Part shown: piece after piece, positions 17,997 to 27,660 of the stretch
Numbering within the stretch: the first letter of the stretch is position 1
Layout: every line of letters begins with the position of its first letter
Source: Methanomassiliicoccaceae archaeon
GTDB lineage: Archaea; Thermoplasmatota; Thermoplasmata; Methanomassiliicoccales; Methanomethylophilaceae
Reading direction: 5' to 3'
Assembly: GCA_003560875.1 (NCBI GenBank)
Contig: PWJQ01000035.1
Span: 7,182 to 71,181 of the forward strand
Length of the DNA: 64,000 nt
The notes under the pieces: model-generated
Databases searched by the model: none
What the model was told of the DNA's origin: nothing
The model's input: the letters and a program-made list of their open reading frames with translations, nothing else
Translations under genes and position numbers: made by a program

Positions 17997-18966
17997 CCTC
18001 CACCTCATCGGTGCGGAAGCGTTGGTCGACCCTGCTGCCATCGATCCCCGAGCGTATACCGGCGTCGTGCATCACCTTGCCGGTCCAGGCTATCATGGCA
18101 CCGTTGTCGATGCATAGCTTCGGTTCGGGGACGAATATCTCCGCCCCCCTCTCCTCGGCCATCATGCGCGCCATCTCCCGCAACCTCTTGTTCTGGACCA
18201 CGCCGCCTCCCAGCAGCAGTTGGTCCTTACCTATGTGCGCCATCGCCCTCTCCGTGACCTCGGTGAGCATGGCGAAGCAGGTCTCCTGCACCGAGTGGCA
18301 GATGTCCGGTAGCGGCACGCCTTTACGACGCAGGGCCACGGCGGCGGTCATTATGCCGGAGAAGGCCACGTCCATCCCCTTCACCGAGTAGGGCAGTTCG
18401 TGATACCGGTCCGATTCCAAGGCCAGTCTCTCAATGGCCGGCCCGGCGTAATAACCGAGACCTAGTTCACGACCCAGTTTGTCGAACATGTTGCCGATGC
18501 CGATGTCCAACGTCTCACCGAAGATGCGGTAACGCCCCTCGGCCAAGGCGATCACCTGGGTGTTGCCGCCGGAGGCATAGAGGAGCACGGGGTCATCGCA
18601 ACCGGTGCTGGCTATACCTATCTCCAGATGAGCTATGCAATGATTGACGCCCAGCAACGGGACGTTGAGGGACATGGATAACGAACGGGCGGCGGTGGCC
18701 ACCGTACGTAGGCAGGGTCCGAGCCCCGGGCCACGGGAGAATGACACCAGCCCTATGTCCCGGATCGATACCCCGGCGGCCTCCAGTGCCTTACGGATGA
18801 CCGGTGTGACCCTTTCAGCGTGATGGTTCGCCGCCTCGCGGGGGTGTATGCCGCCTTCAGGAGGCCGGTACATCTCCAACTCGTTCGCCAGGACATTGGC
18901 GTTCTCATCGACTATGCCCACACCGACGGTGTGGGCCGTGCCTTCTATACCCAGGGTAAGCATCAT
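17965..18966 (-). CDS. kae1: tRNA N6-threonylcarbamoyltransferase Kae1 (not fused to Bud32)
   Basis: GIEGTAHT, GGIHPREAA.HH, GPGLGPCL, NHCIAH, SGGNTQ, GETLD, DNGAMIA. Confidence 0.97.
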   Translation of the reverse strand: MMLTLGIEGTAHTVGVGIVDENANVLANELEMYRPPEGGIHPREAANHHAERVTPVIRKALEAAGVSIRDIGLVSFSRGPGLGPCLRTVATAARSLSMSLNVPLLGVNHCIAHLEIGIASTGCDDPVLLYASGGNTQVIALAEGRYRIFGETLDIGIGNMFDKLGRELGLGYYAGPAIERLALESDRYHELPYSVKGMDVAFSGIMTAAVALRRKGVPLPDICHSVQETCFAMLTEVTERAMAHIGKDQLLLGGGVVQNKRLREMARMMAEERGAEIFVPEPKLCIDNGAMIAWTGKVMHDAGIRSGIDGSRVDQRFRTDEVEVTWRRSAGIG

Positions 18967-19202
18967 TCGTTACCGGCGAGTTTCTTCAAACGGTCGATTA
19001 TCTTTATGGCCCCGGTGACGACCTCCTCATCGACCACCAGAACCGGGAATTCTAATTCCAGTATCTCGTAGTACGCAGCCTCGGCCATCCCGTCGACGGT
19101 GGTGGCATCCATGAACTGGATGTCCAGCCCCCCGGGTATACGCTGCTTGACGTGGTCGCACTTCTGGCAATCGGGCTTGCTGAAAAGGATTATCTCTGTC
19201 AT
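18963..19202 (-). CDS. Glutaredoxin/thioredoxin-like small protein
   Basis: CQKC, cis-Pro FPVLVVD; ATGA overlap with kae1. Confidence 0.85.
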   Translation of the reverse strand: MTEIILFSKPDCQKCDHVKQRIPGGLDIQFMDATTVDGMAEAAYYEILELEFPVLVVDEEVVTGAIKIIDRLKKLAGNE

Positions 19203-19366
19203 GACGTCGTGACGATTGCTTATCCGGATTAATACATTATCCCGTCTACCATGGAGAGGCCGCCGCCGCGTCCGCGTCATGCGTCCTGATGTACCCGCAG
19301 AGGATGCCAGCAATGCGCCGGACAGTGCAAAGTTATAATAATAAAAACGGGTATCCACGTTCCCGA

Positions 19367-19442
19367 GGGCTCGTGGTCTAGGGGTTATGACGTCGCCTTG
19401 ACATGGCGGAGGTCGCCGGTTCAAATCCGGCCGAGCCCACCA
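19367..19442 (+). tRNA. tRNA-Val (anticodon GAC)
   Basis: GGGCTCG...CGAGCCC-ACCA; anticodon arm TCGCC-TTGACAT-GGCGG; GGTTCAAATCC. Confidence 0.97.
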
Positions 19443-19546
19443 TCAACCTATTTACTTCCATTCTATCGTCGACCTTGATGCCGACGCAATTGATTATCAG
19501 CAATCAATGACATCCGCCTAGCGGCCAAGAGGGCGGGTAGTTTCTC

Positions 19547-20827
19547 ATGGATGTTACCAAGGAGGCGATCGACAGACTTCTACGGCACCGGTGGGCGATA
19601 TTCGCCATACTCGCCTTGGCGTACTTCCTGGTCTACTTCCACCGCACATCCACCTCCGTGGTCGGATCGGACATCGGCGCCACCTTCGGCGTGGGAGCCA
19701 CTTCGATAGCCCTACTCGGTTCCTCTTACTTCTTCGTGTACACCGTGATGCAGCTGCCCAGTGGCATACTGGCCGATCGGTGGGGCTCACGTAACACCGT
19801 CTCCCTCTTCCTGGTGATCGCCGCCATCGGCTCCTTGATCACCGCCTTGGCGCCCTCTTTCGAGGCGGTCATGGTGGGAAGGATACTGACCAGCGCGGGT
19901 GTGGCCATGATCTACATACCGACCATGCGCATACTGGCACTGTGGTTCAGATCCGATGAGTTCGCCTCCCTCTCCGGCATCCTGCTGGCAGTCGGCAACG
20001 CCGGGGCCATCGTCGCCGCCACGCCGCTGGCGGTCATGACCGCCTCATACGGGTGGCAGAACGTCTATCTGTTGTTGGCGTTGCTCACCGCCATCCTCCC
20101 TGTGCTCTGCTACATCATCGTCGTCGACCGTCCCTCGCAGAGGGGGCTTCCCGATATACAGACCATCGAAAGGTTCGAGACCGGTGTCACCGACCCCGCC
20201 CCCGTCGTGGAGACGTTCACCGTCATGGAGGGCGTCAAGACGGCGTTCATGGGAGGGAGGAAGTTCTGGCCTCTGGCCATCTGGTTCTTCATAATATATG
20301 GGACCATCATGATGTACCAGGGCCTGCAGATGGGACCCTACTACCGCAACATCTACGGCATGGAGGACTACAGCCTGATGATAACCATGGTAGGGGTGGG
20401 CATCATCGCCGGATCACCGGTCTCAGGACTGTTGTCCGACAAGATACTGAAGTCGAGACGCAAGGTCCTCATCGCCGGTACGTTACTGTACACCGCAGTG
20501 TGGTTCGTCCTCTGGTCGACCGCGGGGCAGTTGGACAGCCTCGCCATTCAGGCGATCATCAACTTCCTGTTCGGTTTCTTCGGGGGATGGTTCATAGTGA
20601 CCTTCGCACAGATCAAGGAGATGTTCCCCCTCGCCATAGTAGGGACGGTGACCGCCTCCCTGAACATATTCCCCTTCGCCGGCGGGGCCCTGTTCCAGGT
20701 GGCCTCCGGACTCGTGGTGACATCGGGCACGGAGCTCGCGGAGTTCAAGACCCTGTGGGGCTACGCCTTCCTATGCATGCTGGTGGCCTGCGTGGCGGCC
20801 TATCTGACGGTGGAGAAGGAGCGTTAG
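19547..20827 (+). CDS. MFS transporter
   Basis: About 12 hydrophobic helices; GILADRWGSR and GLLSDK..KSRR loop motifs. Confidence 0.92.
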   Translation: MDVTKEAIDRLLRHRWAIFAILALAYFLVYFHRTSTSVVGSDIGATFGVGATSIALLGSSYFFVYTVMQLPSGILADRWGSRNTVSLFLVIAAIGSLITALAPSFEAVMVGRILTSAGVAMIYIPTMRILALWFRSDEFASLSGILLAVGNAGAIVAATPLAVMTASYGWQNVYLLLALLTAILPVLCYIIVVDRPSQRGLPDIQTIERFETGVTDPAPVVETFTVMEGVKTAFMGGRKFWPLAIWFFIIYGTIMMYQGLQMGPYYRNIYGMEDYSLMITMVGVGIIAGSPVSGLLSDKILKSRRKVLIAGTLLYTAVWFVLWSTAGQLDSLAIQAIINFLFGFFGGWFIVTFAQIKEMFPLAIVGTVTASLNIFPFAGGALFQVASGLVVTSGTELAEFKTLWGYAFLCMLVACVAAYLTVEKER

Positions 20828-20938
20828 GCCGCGGAACTCGCTCACAACCGCTCCCGTGCGACCGTGTCATGCAATGGTTGGATGGACAGTATTATATGTC
20901 GCGAAAACGAACATTCTCTTTATTCTCAAGGTGGGATA

Positions 20939-22393
20939 ATGACGAAAAAAATGACTACCAACAACGGCGCCGTGATCGACAACGACCTGAACAGCGTCAC
21001 CGCCGGTCTACCAGGGCCGGTATTGATACAGGACGTGCATCTCGTGGAGAAGCTCGCCCATTTCAATCGCGAAAGGATACCGGAGAGGGTCGTGCATGCC
21101 AAAGGGGCGGGCGCCGGTGGATACTTCGAACTCACCAAAGACGTCTCGAAATGGACAAAGGCCAAGTTCCTGTCCGAGGTGGGGAAGAAGACGGAGGTCT
21201 TCGTCCGATTCTCGACCGTGGGCGGGGAGAAGGGCTCCGCCGATGCTGAGAGGGACCCACGGGGGTTCGCCATCAAGTTCTACACCGAGGACGGTAACTA
21301 CGACCTGGTGGGTAACAACACCCCGGTCTTCTTCATCCGCGACCCGGTGAAGTTCCCGGACTTCATACACACCCAGAAGAGGAAACCGGGTAGCAACCTC
21401 AAGGATGCGGACATGTTCTGGGACTTCCTTTCCCTCACACCGGAATCGGTGCATCAGGTGACCATCCTGTTCTCCGACCGTGGAACTCCCCGCACCTACC
21501 GTAACATGAACGGTTACGGCAGCCACACCTACAAATGGTACAACGACGCCGGAGAGCAGTTCTACGTCAAATACCACTTCAAGACCGACCAGGGAGTGGA
21601 CAACTTCACCATGGAGGAGGCCGAGGTGATGAAGGGCAAGGACCCCGACAGCGCCACCAGGGACCTGCACGAGGCCATCGCCCGTGGCGACCCGCCGTCC
21701 TGGACCCTACAGGTGCAGATCATGACCCCCGAGGAGGCCGAGGAGTACCGTTTCGACCCCTTCGACGTCACCAAGGTCTGGCCCCACGGGGACTATCCGG
21801 TGATGGACATCGGCCGGATGGTCCTGGACCGCAACCCCGGCAACTACTTCGCCGAGGTGGAGCAGGCGGCATACGCGCCCAGTAACTTCGTGCCTGGAAT
21901 AGCCGCCTCACCGGACAAGATGTTACAGGGGAGGCTCTTCGCCTACCCCGACGCCCACCGCTACCGCCTGGGCGCCAATTACACGCAGCTGCCGGTCAAC
22001 GCCCCCAAGGCGGCGAGGATGAACAACTATCAGCGCGACGGCCCGATGCGTTTCGACGGCAACCTCGGGGACGGTCCCAACTACTGGCCCAACAGCTTCG
22101 GTGGTCCGGATCCGGTGCCTGACAGCGGCGAGCCGATGTTCGAGGTGTCCGGCAAGGCCGGCAGACAGCCCTATATCCATCCCAACGACGACCACGTCCA
22201 GGCCGGGGACCTTTACCGCAAGGCGATGAATGACCAGGACCGTACGAACCTGGTGAAGAACATCGTCGCCCATCTCGGTAACGCCCGTAAGGACATCCAA
22301 GTCCGCCAAGTCAAGATATTCCTCAAAGCGGATGAGGAGTACGGTGGCCGCGTCGCTGAAGGATTGGGCCTGAGCGCATCGGACCTGCAGTGA
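20939..22393 (+). CDS. katA: Monofunctional heme catalase (small subunit)
   Basis: [36 protein letters not shown] proximal ligand; SD AGGTG. Confidence 0.97.
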   Translation: MTKKMTTNNGAVIDNDLNSVTAGLPGPVLIQDVHLVEKLAHFNRERIPERVVHAKGAGAGGYFELTKDVSKWTKAKFLSEVGKKTEVFVRFSTVGGEKGSADAERDPRGFAIKFYTEDGNYDLVGNNTPVFFIRDPVKFPDFIHTQKRKPGSNLKDADMFWDFLSLTPESVHQVTILFSDRGTPRTYRNMNGYGSHTYKWYNDAGEQFYVKYHFKTDQGVDNFTMEEAEVMKGKDPDSATRDLHEAIARGDPPSWTLQVQIMTPEEAEEYRFDPFDVTKVWPHGDYPVMDIGRMVLDRNPGNYFAEVEQAAYAPSNFVPGIAASPDKMLQGRLFAYPDAHRYRLGANYTQLPVNAPKAARMNNYQRDGPMRFDGNLGDGPNYWPNSFGGPDPVPDSGEPMFEVSGKAGRQPYIHPNDDHVQAGDLYRKAMNDQDRTNLVKNIVAHLGNARKDIQVRQVKIFLKADEEYGGRVAEGLGLSASDLQ

Positions 22394-22417
22394 TGGTTCG
22401 ACAAACCCCTTCCATTT

Positions 22418-23326
22418 CTATGCCCTTCTCAGGCCGTGATGGGCGGCGGCCCTTCTGGCGTCCCGGTACTCTTCGGGACGGATGCGCCGTTTGAGTGCCG
22501 CGTGGGCAGCGTTGGACCCCAGGACCTTGTGGCAGGGCCGGTACTGGTCCATGATGTTGACGTAGCTGTCCCGTGACAGCTCCTCGGCTATGAAGGCCAT
22601 GACCCCCTCGCTACCTGCCAACCTCTCCGGTAGCACCAGATGTCTGATGATCATCCCGCGGACGGCGATGCCGTCCTCCACTACGAGGTCCCCGACCTGA
22701 CGGTGCATCTCCTTCAGGGCGGAGCGCATCACCGCCGGGTAGTCGTCCACATGCGACAGCCTCGAGGCCACCGCAGGGTCGTCGTACTTGGCATCGGGCA
22801 TGTAGATGTCCACCACGCCGTCCAACAAGCGCAGCGCCTCCACGCGGTCGTATCCACCGCTGTTGTAGACCAACGGCAACCTCAACCCCCTCCCGGCAGC
22901 GAGGTCCAAGGCCTCCAGTATCTGCGGTATAACGTGGGAGGGCGTCACCAGGTTGATGTTGTGACATCCCATGCGCTGCAGGTCGGCCATCATCTCCGCC
23001 AATCGTTCAGCGTCGACCGCCGCCCCTTCCGAACCCTGACTGATGCCGTGATTCTGGCAGAAGTCGCAGTGCATGTTGCAGCCACCGAAGAATATGGTCC
23101 CCGAACCGTTTCTACCAACCAAGGGAGCCTCCTCACCGAGGTGGGGGCCATAACTGCAGACCGATGCGTTGCGGCCGATGCCGCAGGCGCCTCTGACATC
23201 ATTGATGCGGTCGACGCCACAGTGCCGGGGGCAGCAATGACAATCCGCGAGACGGGACACCGCCTTAGCCGCCCTCTCCGAGAGCTCCCCGCTATTATGC
23301 AGCGACAGGTACGATGGTCCGCTCAT
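22418..23326 (-). CDS. Radical SAM protein, PflX-like
   Basis: C..CPR.C, GSGTIFF, CNMHCDFCQN, HNINLVTP, YMPD.KY, RHLVLP. Confidence 0.9.
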   Translation of the reverse strand: MSGPSYLSLHNSGELSERAAKAVSRLADCHCCPRHCGVDRINDVRGACGIGRNASVCSYGPHLGEEAPLVGRNGSGTIFFGGCNMHCDFCQNHGISQGSEGAAVDAERLAEMMADLQRMGCHNINLVTPSHVIPQILEALDLAAGRGLRLPLVYNSGGYDRVEALRLLDGVVDIYMPDAKYDDPAVASRLSHVDDYPAVMRSALKEMHRQVGDLVVEDGIAVRGMIIRHLVLPERLAGSEGVMAFIAEELSRDSYVNIMDQYRPCHKVLGSNAAHAALKRRIRPEEYRDARRAAAHHGLRRA

Positions 23327-23428
23327 CAGGGAAAAATGGGTGGATGAGATTTAAGCCCTTGTCATTACGTCGCTCGACCACACGGTCTGAACAAGCGTTT
23401 TAAACCTGAATTCGTTACACCGTCCCAC

Positions 23429-23503
23429 GCGACTGTAGTCTAGCGGTTAGGACCGGGGCTTCCCAAGCCTCTAACCCGGGTTCAAATCCCGGCAGTCGCA
23501 CCA
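23429..23503 (+). tRNA. tRNA-Gly (anticodon CCC)
   Basis: GCGACTG...CAGTCGC-ACCA; anticodon arm GGGGC-TTCCCAA-GCCTC. Confidence 0.97.
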
Positions 23504-23606
23504 GACCCCTTCACCAACTAGTCCCTGGGACGCTCTCTTTCTCCCTTAAGAATGAAATATGATGGATAACGCTACGAGTGACATCGTCCGCGGACGGGGG
23601 GATTTG

Positions 23607-24422
23607 ATGATTGATATGGGAACCTTGGATACTGGAATACCGTTGCTGGGAATGACGTGGTTGAACCTTCTGTCCTCGTTGTTGATCCTTGGCATCGGTA
23701 TCGTGGCGGTCAAGTATGCGGTCCGATATTTCCGTAAAGGCCTCTCCCGGAGCCGTCTACCCGACCTCGTGGTGGAGTTCCTGAGTCGTTTCCTCAGTGT
23801 GCTGCTTTATGTGGCGGTCCTCCTCGTCTTCGTGTCCTCACTCGGTATCGAGGTGGGTCCGGTGGTCCTCGGACTTTCCGCCATAATCGGCCTGGTCCTC
23901 GGATTCGGAATGCAGGACACTCTCACCAATATATCCAGTGGCGTATGGATCGCCGCCCTCAGGCCGATGGACAAAGGGGACTTCGTAACCATCGGCGGAT
24001 ACAGCGGCACCGTCAACGCCGTCGGCATAATGGCCACCGAGCTTCTCACCGTTGACAACCAGCTCATCACCATCCCCAACAAGCTGGTGTGGAACAACTC
24101 CATAATCAACAACACCCGGATGCCCACCCGCCGGGCCTCGGTGGACGTCGGTATTTCGTACAAGTCCGACCTCGACAAGGCTATAAGGGCGGCCATGGAC
24201 CTCATGAACGCCCATCCCAAGGTGTTGCAGGACCCGTCCCCGGCGGTGGTGGTCCTGGGTCTCGGCGACTCGTCGGTGGATCTCCAGTTGCGTGCCTGGA
24301 CTGCGAACGCTGACCTGTGGGGCGTCAAATGGGACCTGACCGGCGATATAATCAAGGTTTTCAGGGACAACGGAATCGAGATACCCTATCCGCAGAGGGA
24401 CGTCCATATGATCACGGAATGA
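23607..24422 (+). CDS. Small-conductance mechanosensitive channel (MscS family)
   Basis: GLVLGFGMQDTLTN, GD.V.I...SG.V, IPN, GIEIPYPQRDV. Confidence 0.93.
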   Translation: MIDMGTLDTGIPLLGMTWLNLLSSLLILGIGIVAVKYAVRYFRKGLSRSRLPDLVVEFLSRFLSVLLYVAVLLVFVSSLGIEVGPVVLGLSAIIGLVLGFGMQDTLTNISSGVWIAALRPMDKGDFVTIGGYSGTVNAVGIMATELLTVDNQLITIPNKLVWNNSIINNTRMPTRRASVDVGISYKSDLDKAIRAAMDLMNAHPKVLQDPSPAVVVLGLGDSSVDLQLRAWTANADLWGVKWDLTGDIIKVFRDNGIEIPYPQRDVHMITE

Positions 24423-24528
24423 GTTCCGCGCCCTTGACGGTGATGCTTCGCCCGCACCCCGGTACCTGGCTCAGCATACCCTAACCTTTTATGGTGCAAG
24501 TGCGTATGTTGAAGCGCTGGTTGACACC

Positions 24529-25560
24529 ATGATTGAGGTAGATGGTTCCAGAGGTGAAGGGGGAGGGCAGATAGTGCGTACCTCCATCGCCCTGGCCGCT
24601 CTGACCGGCGAGGAAGTCAGACTCACCAACATACGCGAGAACCGCCCTACCCAGGGACTCTCCCGTCAGCATTGCACCGCCATCGAAGCGGTGGCCGATA
24701 TGAACGAGTCCTGGGTGTCCGGCAACGTCCCCGGATCTCGGGAGATGGTCTTCCGCCCCGGGGTGGGCGGTAGAGGGAATGTCTGCATGGACGTCGGTAG
24801 CGCCGGCAGCATAAGCCTGGTCCTGCAGGCCATGCTGCTCTGCGCCCAATCCCATGATTCCCGGGTCACAATGGACATCAAGGGCGGGACCAACGTGAAA
24901 TGGGCCCCGCCCATCGACTTCTATCCTCAGGTCCTGTTCCCTCTTCTTTCGAAAATGGGCATAAGGGCGGAGATGGAGATAATCAGCCGCGGTTTCTACC
25001 CCCAGGGCCAAGGCCATGTGCGGGTGACCTTCGACCCGGCCAAAAGGATCGAGCCTTTGCGCATCGATGATTTGGGGGAGATACGTGAGGTCAATGCGGT
25101 GAGCTACTGCCAGAACCTCCCGCCGCGCATAGTGGACGAGATGGCCTGGTCCTGTCAGGAGATGCTCTCCGACATCGCCGTTCTCAATGCGGAGAGGGAC
25201 ATCCGTCAGGGCGGCTCCACCGGGGCGGGAATCTCCCTGGTGGCCGTCCACCGCAACGGCATGGTCGGCGCCAGTGCGCTAGGCTCTCGCGCAAACCCCG
25301 CCCGTTTGGTCGGCGAGGAGGCCGCCAAGGATCTGATCGTGGAATTGGAGGGAGGAGGCACCTTGGACGTCCATGCCGCCGACCAGCTGGTCCCCTACAT
25401 GGCGCTGGCGGAGGGCGGTAGCGTGTTCAGGGTCTGGCGCATCAGCAAGCACCTCCTGAGCCAGATGGACCTTCTGGAGACCTTCCTCGATGTGAAATTC
25501 CATATCAGCCGTCTCCCCAAAGGATACCGTATCGAGGTCGAACCGGGAGGGAAGGGATGA
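24529..25560 (+). CDS. rtcA: RNA 3'-terminal phosphate cyclase
   Basis: DGSRGEGGGQIVR, GL.RQH, GSAGSI.L, GGT, GFYP.G.G, D.HAADQL. Confidence 0.95.
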   Translation: MIEVDGSRGEGGGQIVRTSIALAALTGEEVRLTNIRENRPTQGLSRQHCTAIEAVADMNESWVSGNVPGSREMVFRPGVGGRGNVCMDVGSAGSISLVLQAMLLCAQSHDSRVTMDIKGGTNVKWAPPIDFYPQVLFPLLSKMGIRAEMEIISRGFYPQGQGHVRVTFDPAKRIEPLRIDDLGEIREVNAVSYCQNLPPRIVDEMAWSCQEMLSDIAVLNAERDIRQGGSTGAGISLVAVHRNGMVGASALGSRANPARLVGEEAAKDLIVELEGGGTLDVHAADQLVPYMALAEGGSVFRVWRISKHLLSQMDLLETFLDVKFHISRLPKGYRIEVEPGGKG

Positions 25561-26180
25561 TCAGGGTTATCGTGAACTGCGCCATGAGCGCCGATGGCAA
25601 GATAGCGGGCTGCGACCGCCGACAGACCAGGATCTCCACACCGGAGGACATGCAACGGGTCAAGGCCCTGCGGCGGTCGGTGGATGCGATAATGGTCGGC
25701 GTAGGGACCGTGCTGGCGGATGATCCCCATCTCACGGTGAAACACCTCGGCCCGGATGAGAACCCGGTACGCGTGGTGATAGATTCCAAAGGCAGAACGC
25801 CGGATTCAGCATTGGTGCTGGACGGTCGCGCCCGGACCTTGGTGTTCCACGGCGAGGGATGCGACCGCATGTGGGAGGGCGCGGAGTCATTCGTCTGCGG
25901 ACGTGACCGTGTCGACCTGCGGCGTATGCTCGGTATCCTGGAGGAGATGGGCATCGCAACGCTCATGGTGGAGGGGGGCGGCGAGTTGATAGCCTCCCTT
26001 TTCGACGAGGACCTGGTGGACGAGTACAACGTCTTCATCGGCCCGATGGTCATCGGCGGCCGGTGCTCCCCCACGCCCGCGGACGGCGACGGAAGGGATG
26101 GTAAGGATGCCATCCGTCTGCGCTTCGCCGGTTCAGAGGTCCTGGGCGAGGGCGTCCTACTGAGATATCTACGTATTTGA
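25557..26180 (+). CDS. 2,5-diamino-6-ribosylamino-pyrimidinone 5'-phosphate reductase (RibD C-terminal/ArfC)
   Basis: AMSADGKIA, DAIMVGVGTVLADDP.LTV, RVVIDS..RTP, MVEGGG. Confidence 0.9.
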   Translation: MIRVIVNCAMSADGKIAGCDRRQTRISTPEDMQRVKALRRSVDAIMVGVGTVLADDPHLTVKHLGPDENPVRVVIDSKGRTPDSALVLDGRARTLVFHGEGCDRMWEGAESFVCGRDRVDLRRMLGILEEMGIATLMVEGGGELIASLFDEDLVDEYNVFIGPMVIGGRCSPTPADGDGRDGKDAIRLRFAGSEVLGEGVLLRYLRI

Positions 26181-26232
26181 ACACCGATTCGAACATTTTA
26201 TGTACAAATGTTTCATAGTAGCGGTGAGACCC

Positions 26233-27660
26233 ATGTTCAAGGAACCCATCTTCAGCGGAGTCTACGCATCGCTGGTAACACCTTTCGACGCCGATGAGGG
26301 CGTCGACGAGTCCGCCCTGAGGAAACTCATCTCACGCATGGTCGGAGAGGTGGACGGACTGGTGGTCTGTGGTGCCGAAGGGGAGTTCGAATACCTCTCC
26401 GATACGGAGCGACGCAGGGTGATCGCCGTTGCCGTGGACGAGGTGGCGGGAAGGGTGCCGTTGATCGTCGGCACCGGCTCGGCTAGCACCCGCCTGGCTT
26501 GTCAACTGTCATCCTTCGCCGAAGAAGCGGGGGCCGATGCGGTCATCGTTTCCACACCCTACTTCCTGTTCCCTGCCGACAAGGGATATCATCAACACTT
26601 CCTCGAGGTATCAAATTCCACATCCTTGCCGATGATCGTCTACAATCCCATGGAGACCTGCATCGGTCGCATACCCCGGAAGGTCCTGGAGGACATATCC
26701 TACTTGGATAACGTGGTTGCACTGGCGGATTCCTCGGGCGACATGCCGTACCTCATGGAGGTCATCGAGAAGGTGAAGGGCAGGATGGACGTCCTGGTGA
26801 GTAACGAGGAGACCGTGTATCCCTCCCTGTGCGTCGGATGCTCGGGTATGATACTGGGTAGCGCCCAGGTCTATCCGTCGTTGTGGAGGGGGATGTTCAA
26901 TTCCTTCGCGGATGGTGACGACGATCAGTCACGCATCCTACAGGCCAGGGTGCAGAAGCTCTCCCGCCTGTTCATGAGACACGGTCTGGCGGTGCCTTTG
27001 AAGGCGGCACTGAGGATGATCGGTGAACCGGTGGGCAAGGCCCGTGGTCCTTTGAAGGAGGGGGGCTCCCTGCTGCATGAGGACCGGGAGGAGATCAAGG
27101 TCGAACTGGAGAGGATCGGTATGTTGGAGCGCGCCGGCCAGTCCGTAACGGAATACGACATGCCCTTGAACGAGAGGTTCAGCGACATAGGTATCAGTCC
27201 CGCGGACATCCAGAGTCATGGCGTACGCCTGTCGTCGGCATCCCATGGCAGCGGGGAGGAGCGGGCGGTCATCGATATCGCCCTGGGCCGGAAGGACGGC
27301 CTCCTGGGCGACGTTTTCGCATCCCAGCTCGTATATCTCGATCACGGCAAGGAATCATTGCCCATCGTCCTGGAGCCGAACCTCGCCACCCTGCCACCGT
27401 GCCTGATCATCCCGGTCATGGAGCTGCGCAGCATGCGCCAGGCGAACATGGTCTACGGTCCGGCACAGGGCGCGATAGCCAAGGCCATCGTGGACCTCTG
27501 TGCCGAGGGCATGGTACCGCAGAGGGTGATGGATGAATGCATAATGCTGGCACGGGTGTTCATGGACCCCAACGCCCTCGACCGTTCCTCGATCTACGTG
27601 AACTTCCATCAGGCCACCCGCAAGGCCATGGAGGAACTGCTCAAGGAGGTGCCGCAATGA
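26233..27660 (+). CDS. DapA-family TIM barrel fused to Fae-like domain, copy 1 (catalytic Lys replaced by Ala)
   Basis: VTPF, GEF..LS..ER, GRVPLIVGTG, TPYF, VYN, LADSSGD; C-terminal LEPNL..P, GPAQGAIAKA, VF.DP.A of Fae. Confidence 0.85.
   Translation: MFKEPIFSGVYASLVTPFDADEGVDESALRKLISRMVGEVDGLVVCGAEGEFEYLSDTERRRVIAVAVDEVAGRVPLIVGTGSASTRLACQLSSFAEEAGADAVIVSTPYFLFPADKGYHQHFLEVSNSTSLPMIVYNPMETCIGRIPRKVLEDISYLDNVVALADSSGDMPYLMEVIEKVKGRMDVLVSNEETVYPSLCVGCSGMILGSAQVYPSLWRGMFNSFADGDDDQSRILQARVQKLSRLFMRHGLAVPLKAALRMIGEPVGKARGPLKEGGSLLHEDREEIKVELERIGMLERAGQSVTEYDMPLNERFSDIGISPADIQSHGVRLSSASHGSGEERAVIDIALGRKDGLLGDVFASQLVYLDHGKESLPIVLEPNLATLPPCLIIPVMELRSMRQANMVYGPAQGAIAKAIVDLCAEGMVPQRVMDECIMLARVFMDPNALDRSSIYVNFHQATRKAMEELLKEVPQ

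Noticed and set aside
18963..19424. 153-aa ORF crossing tRNA-Val
   Set aside because: Only the last 79 aa are glutaredoxin-like; the upstream part is antisense to the tRNA and its promoter
19367..23503. Block between tRNA-Val and tRNA-Gly as an integrated island
   Set aside because: No integrase, no duplicated tRNA 3' end, and no obvious compositional shift
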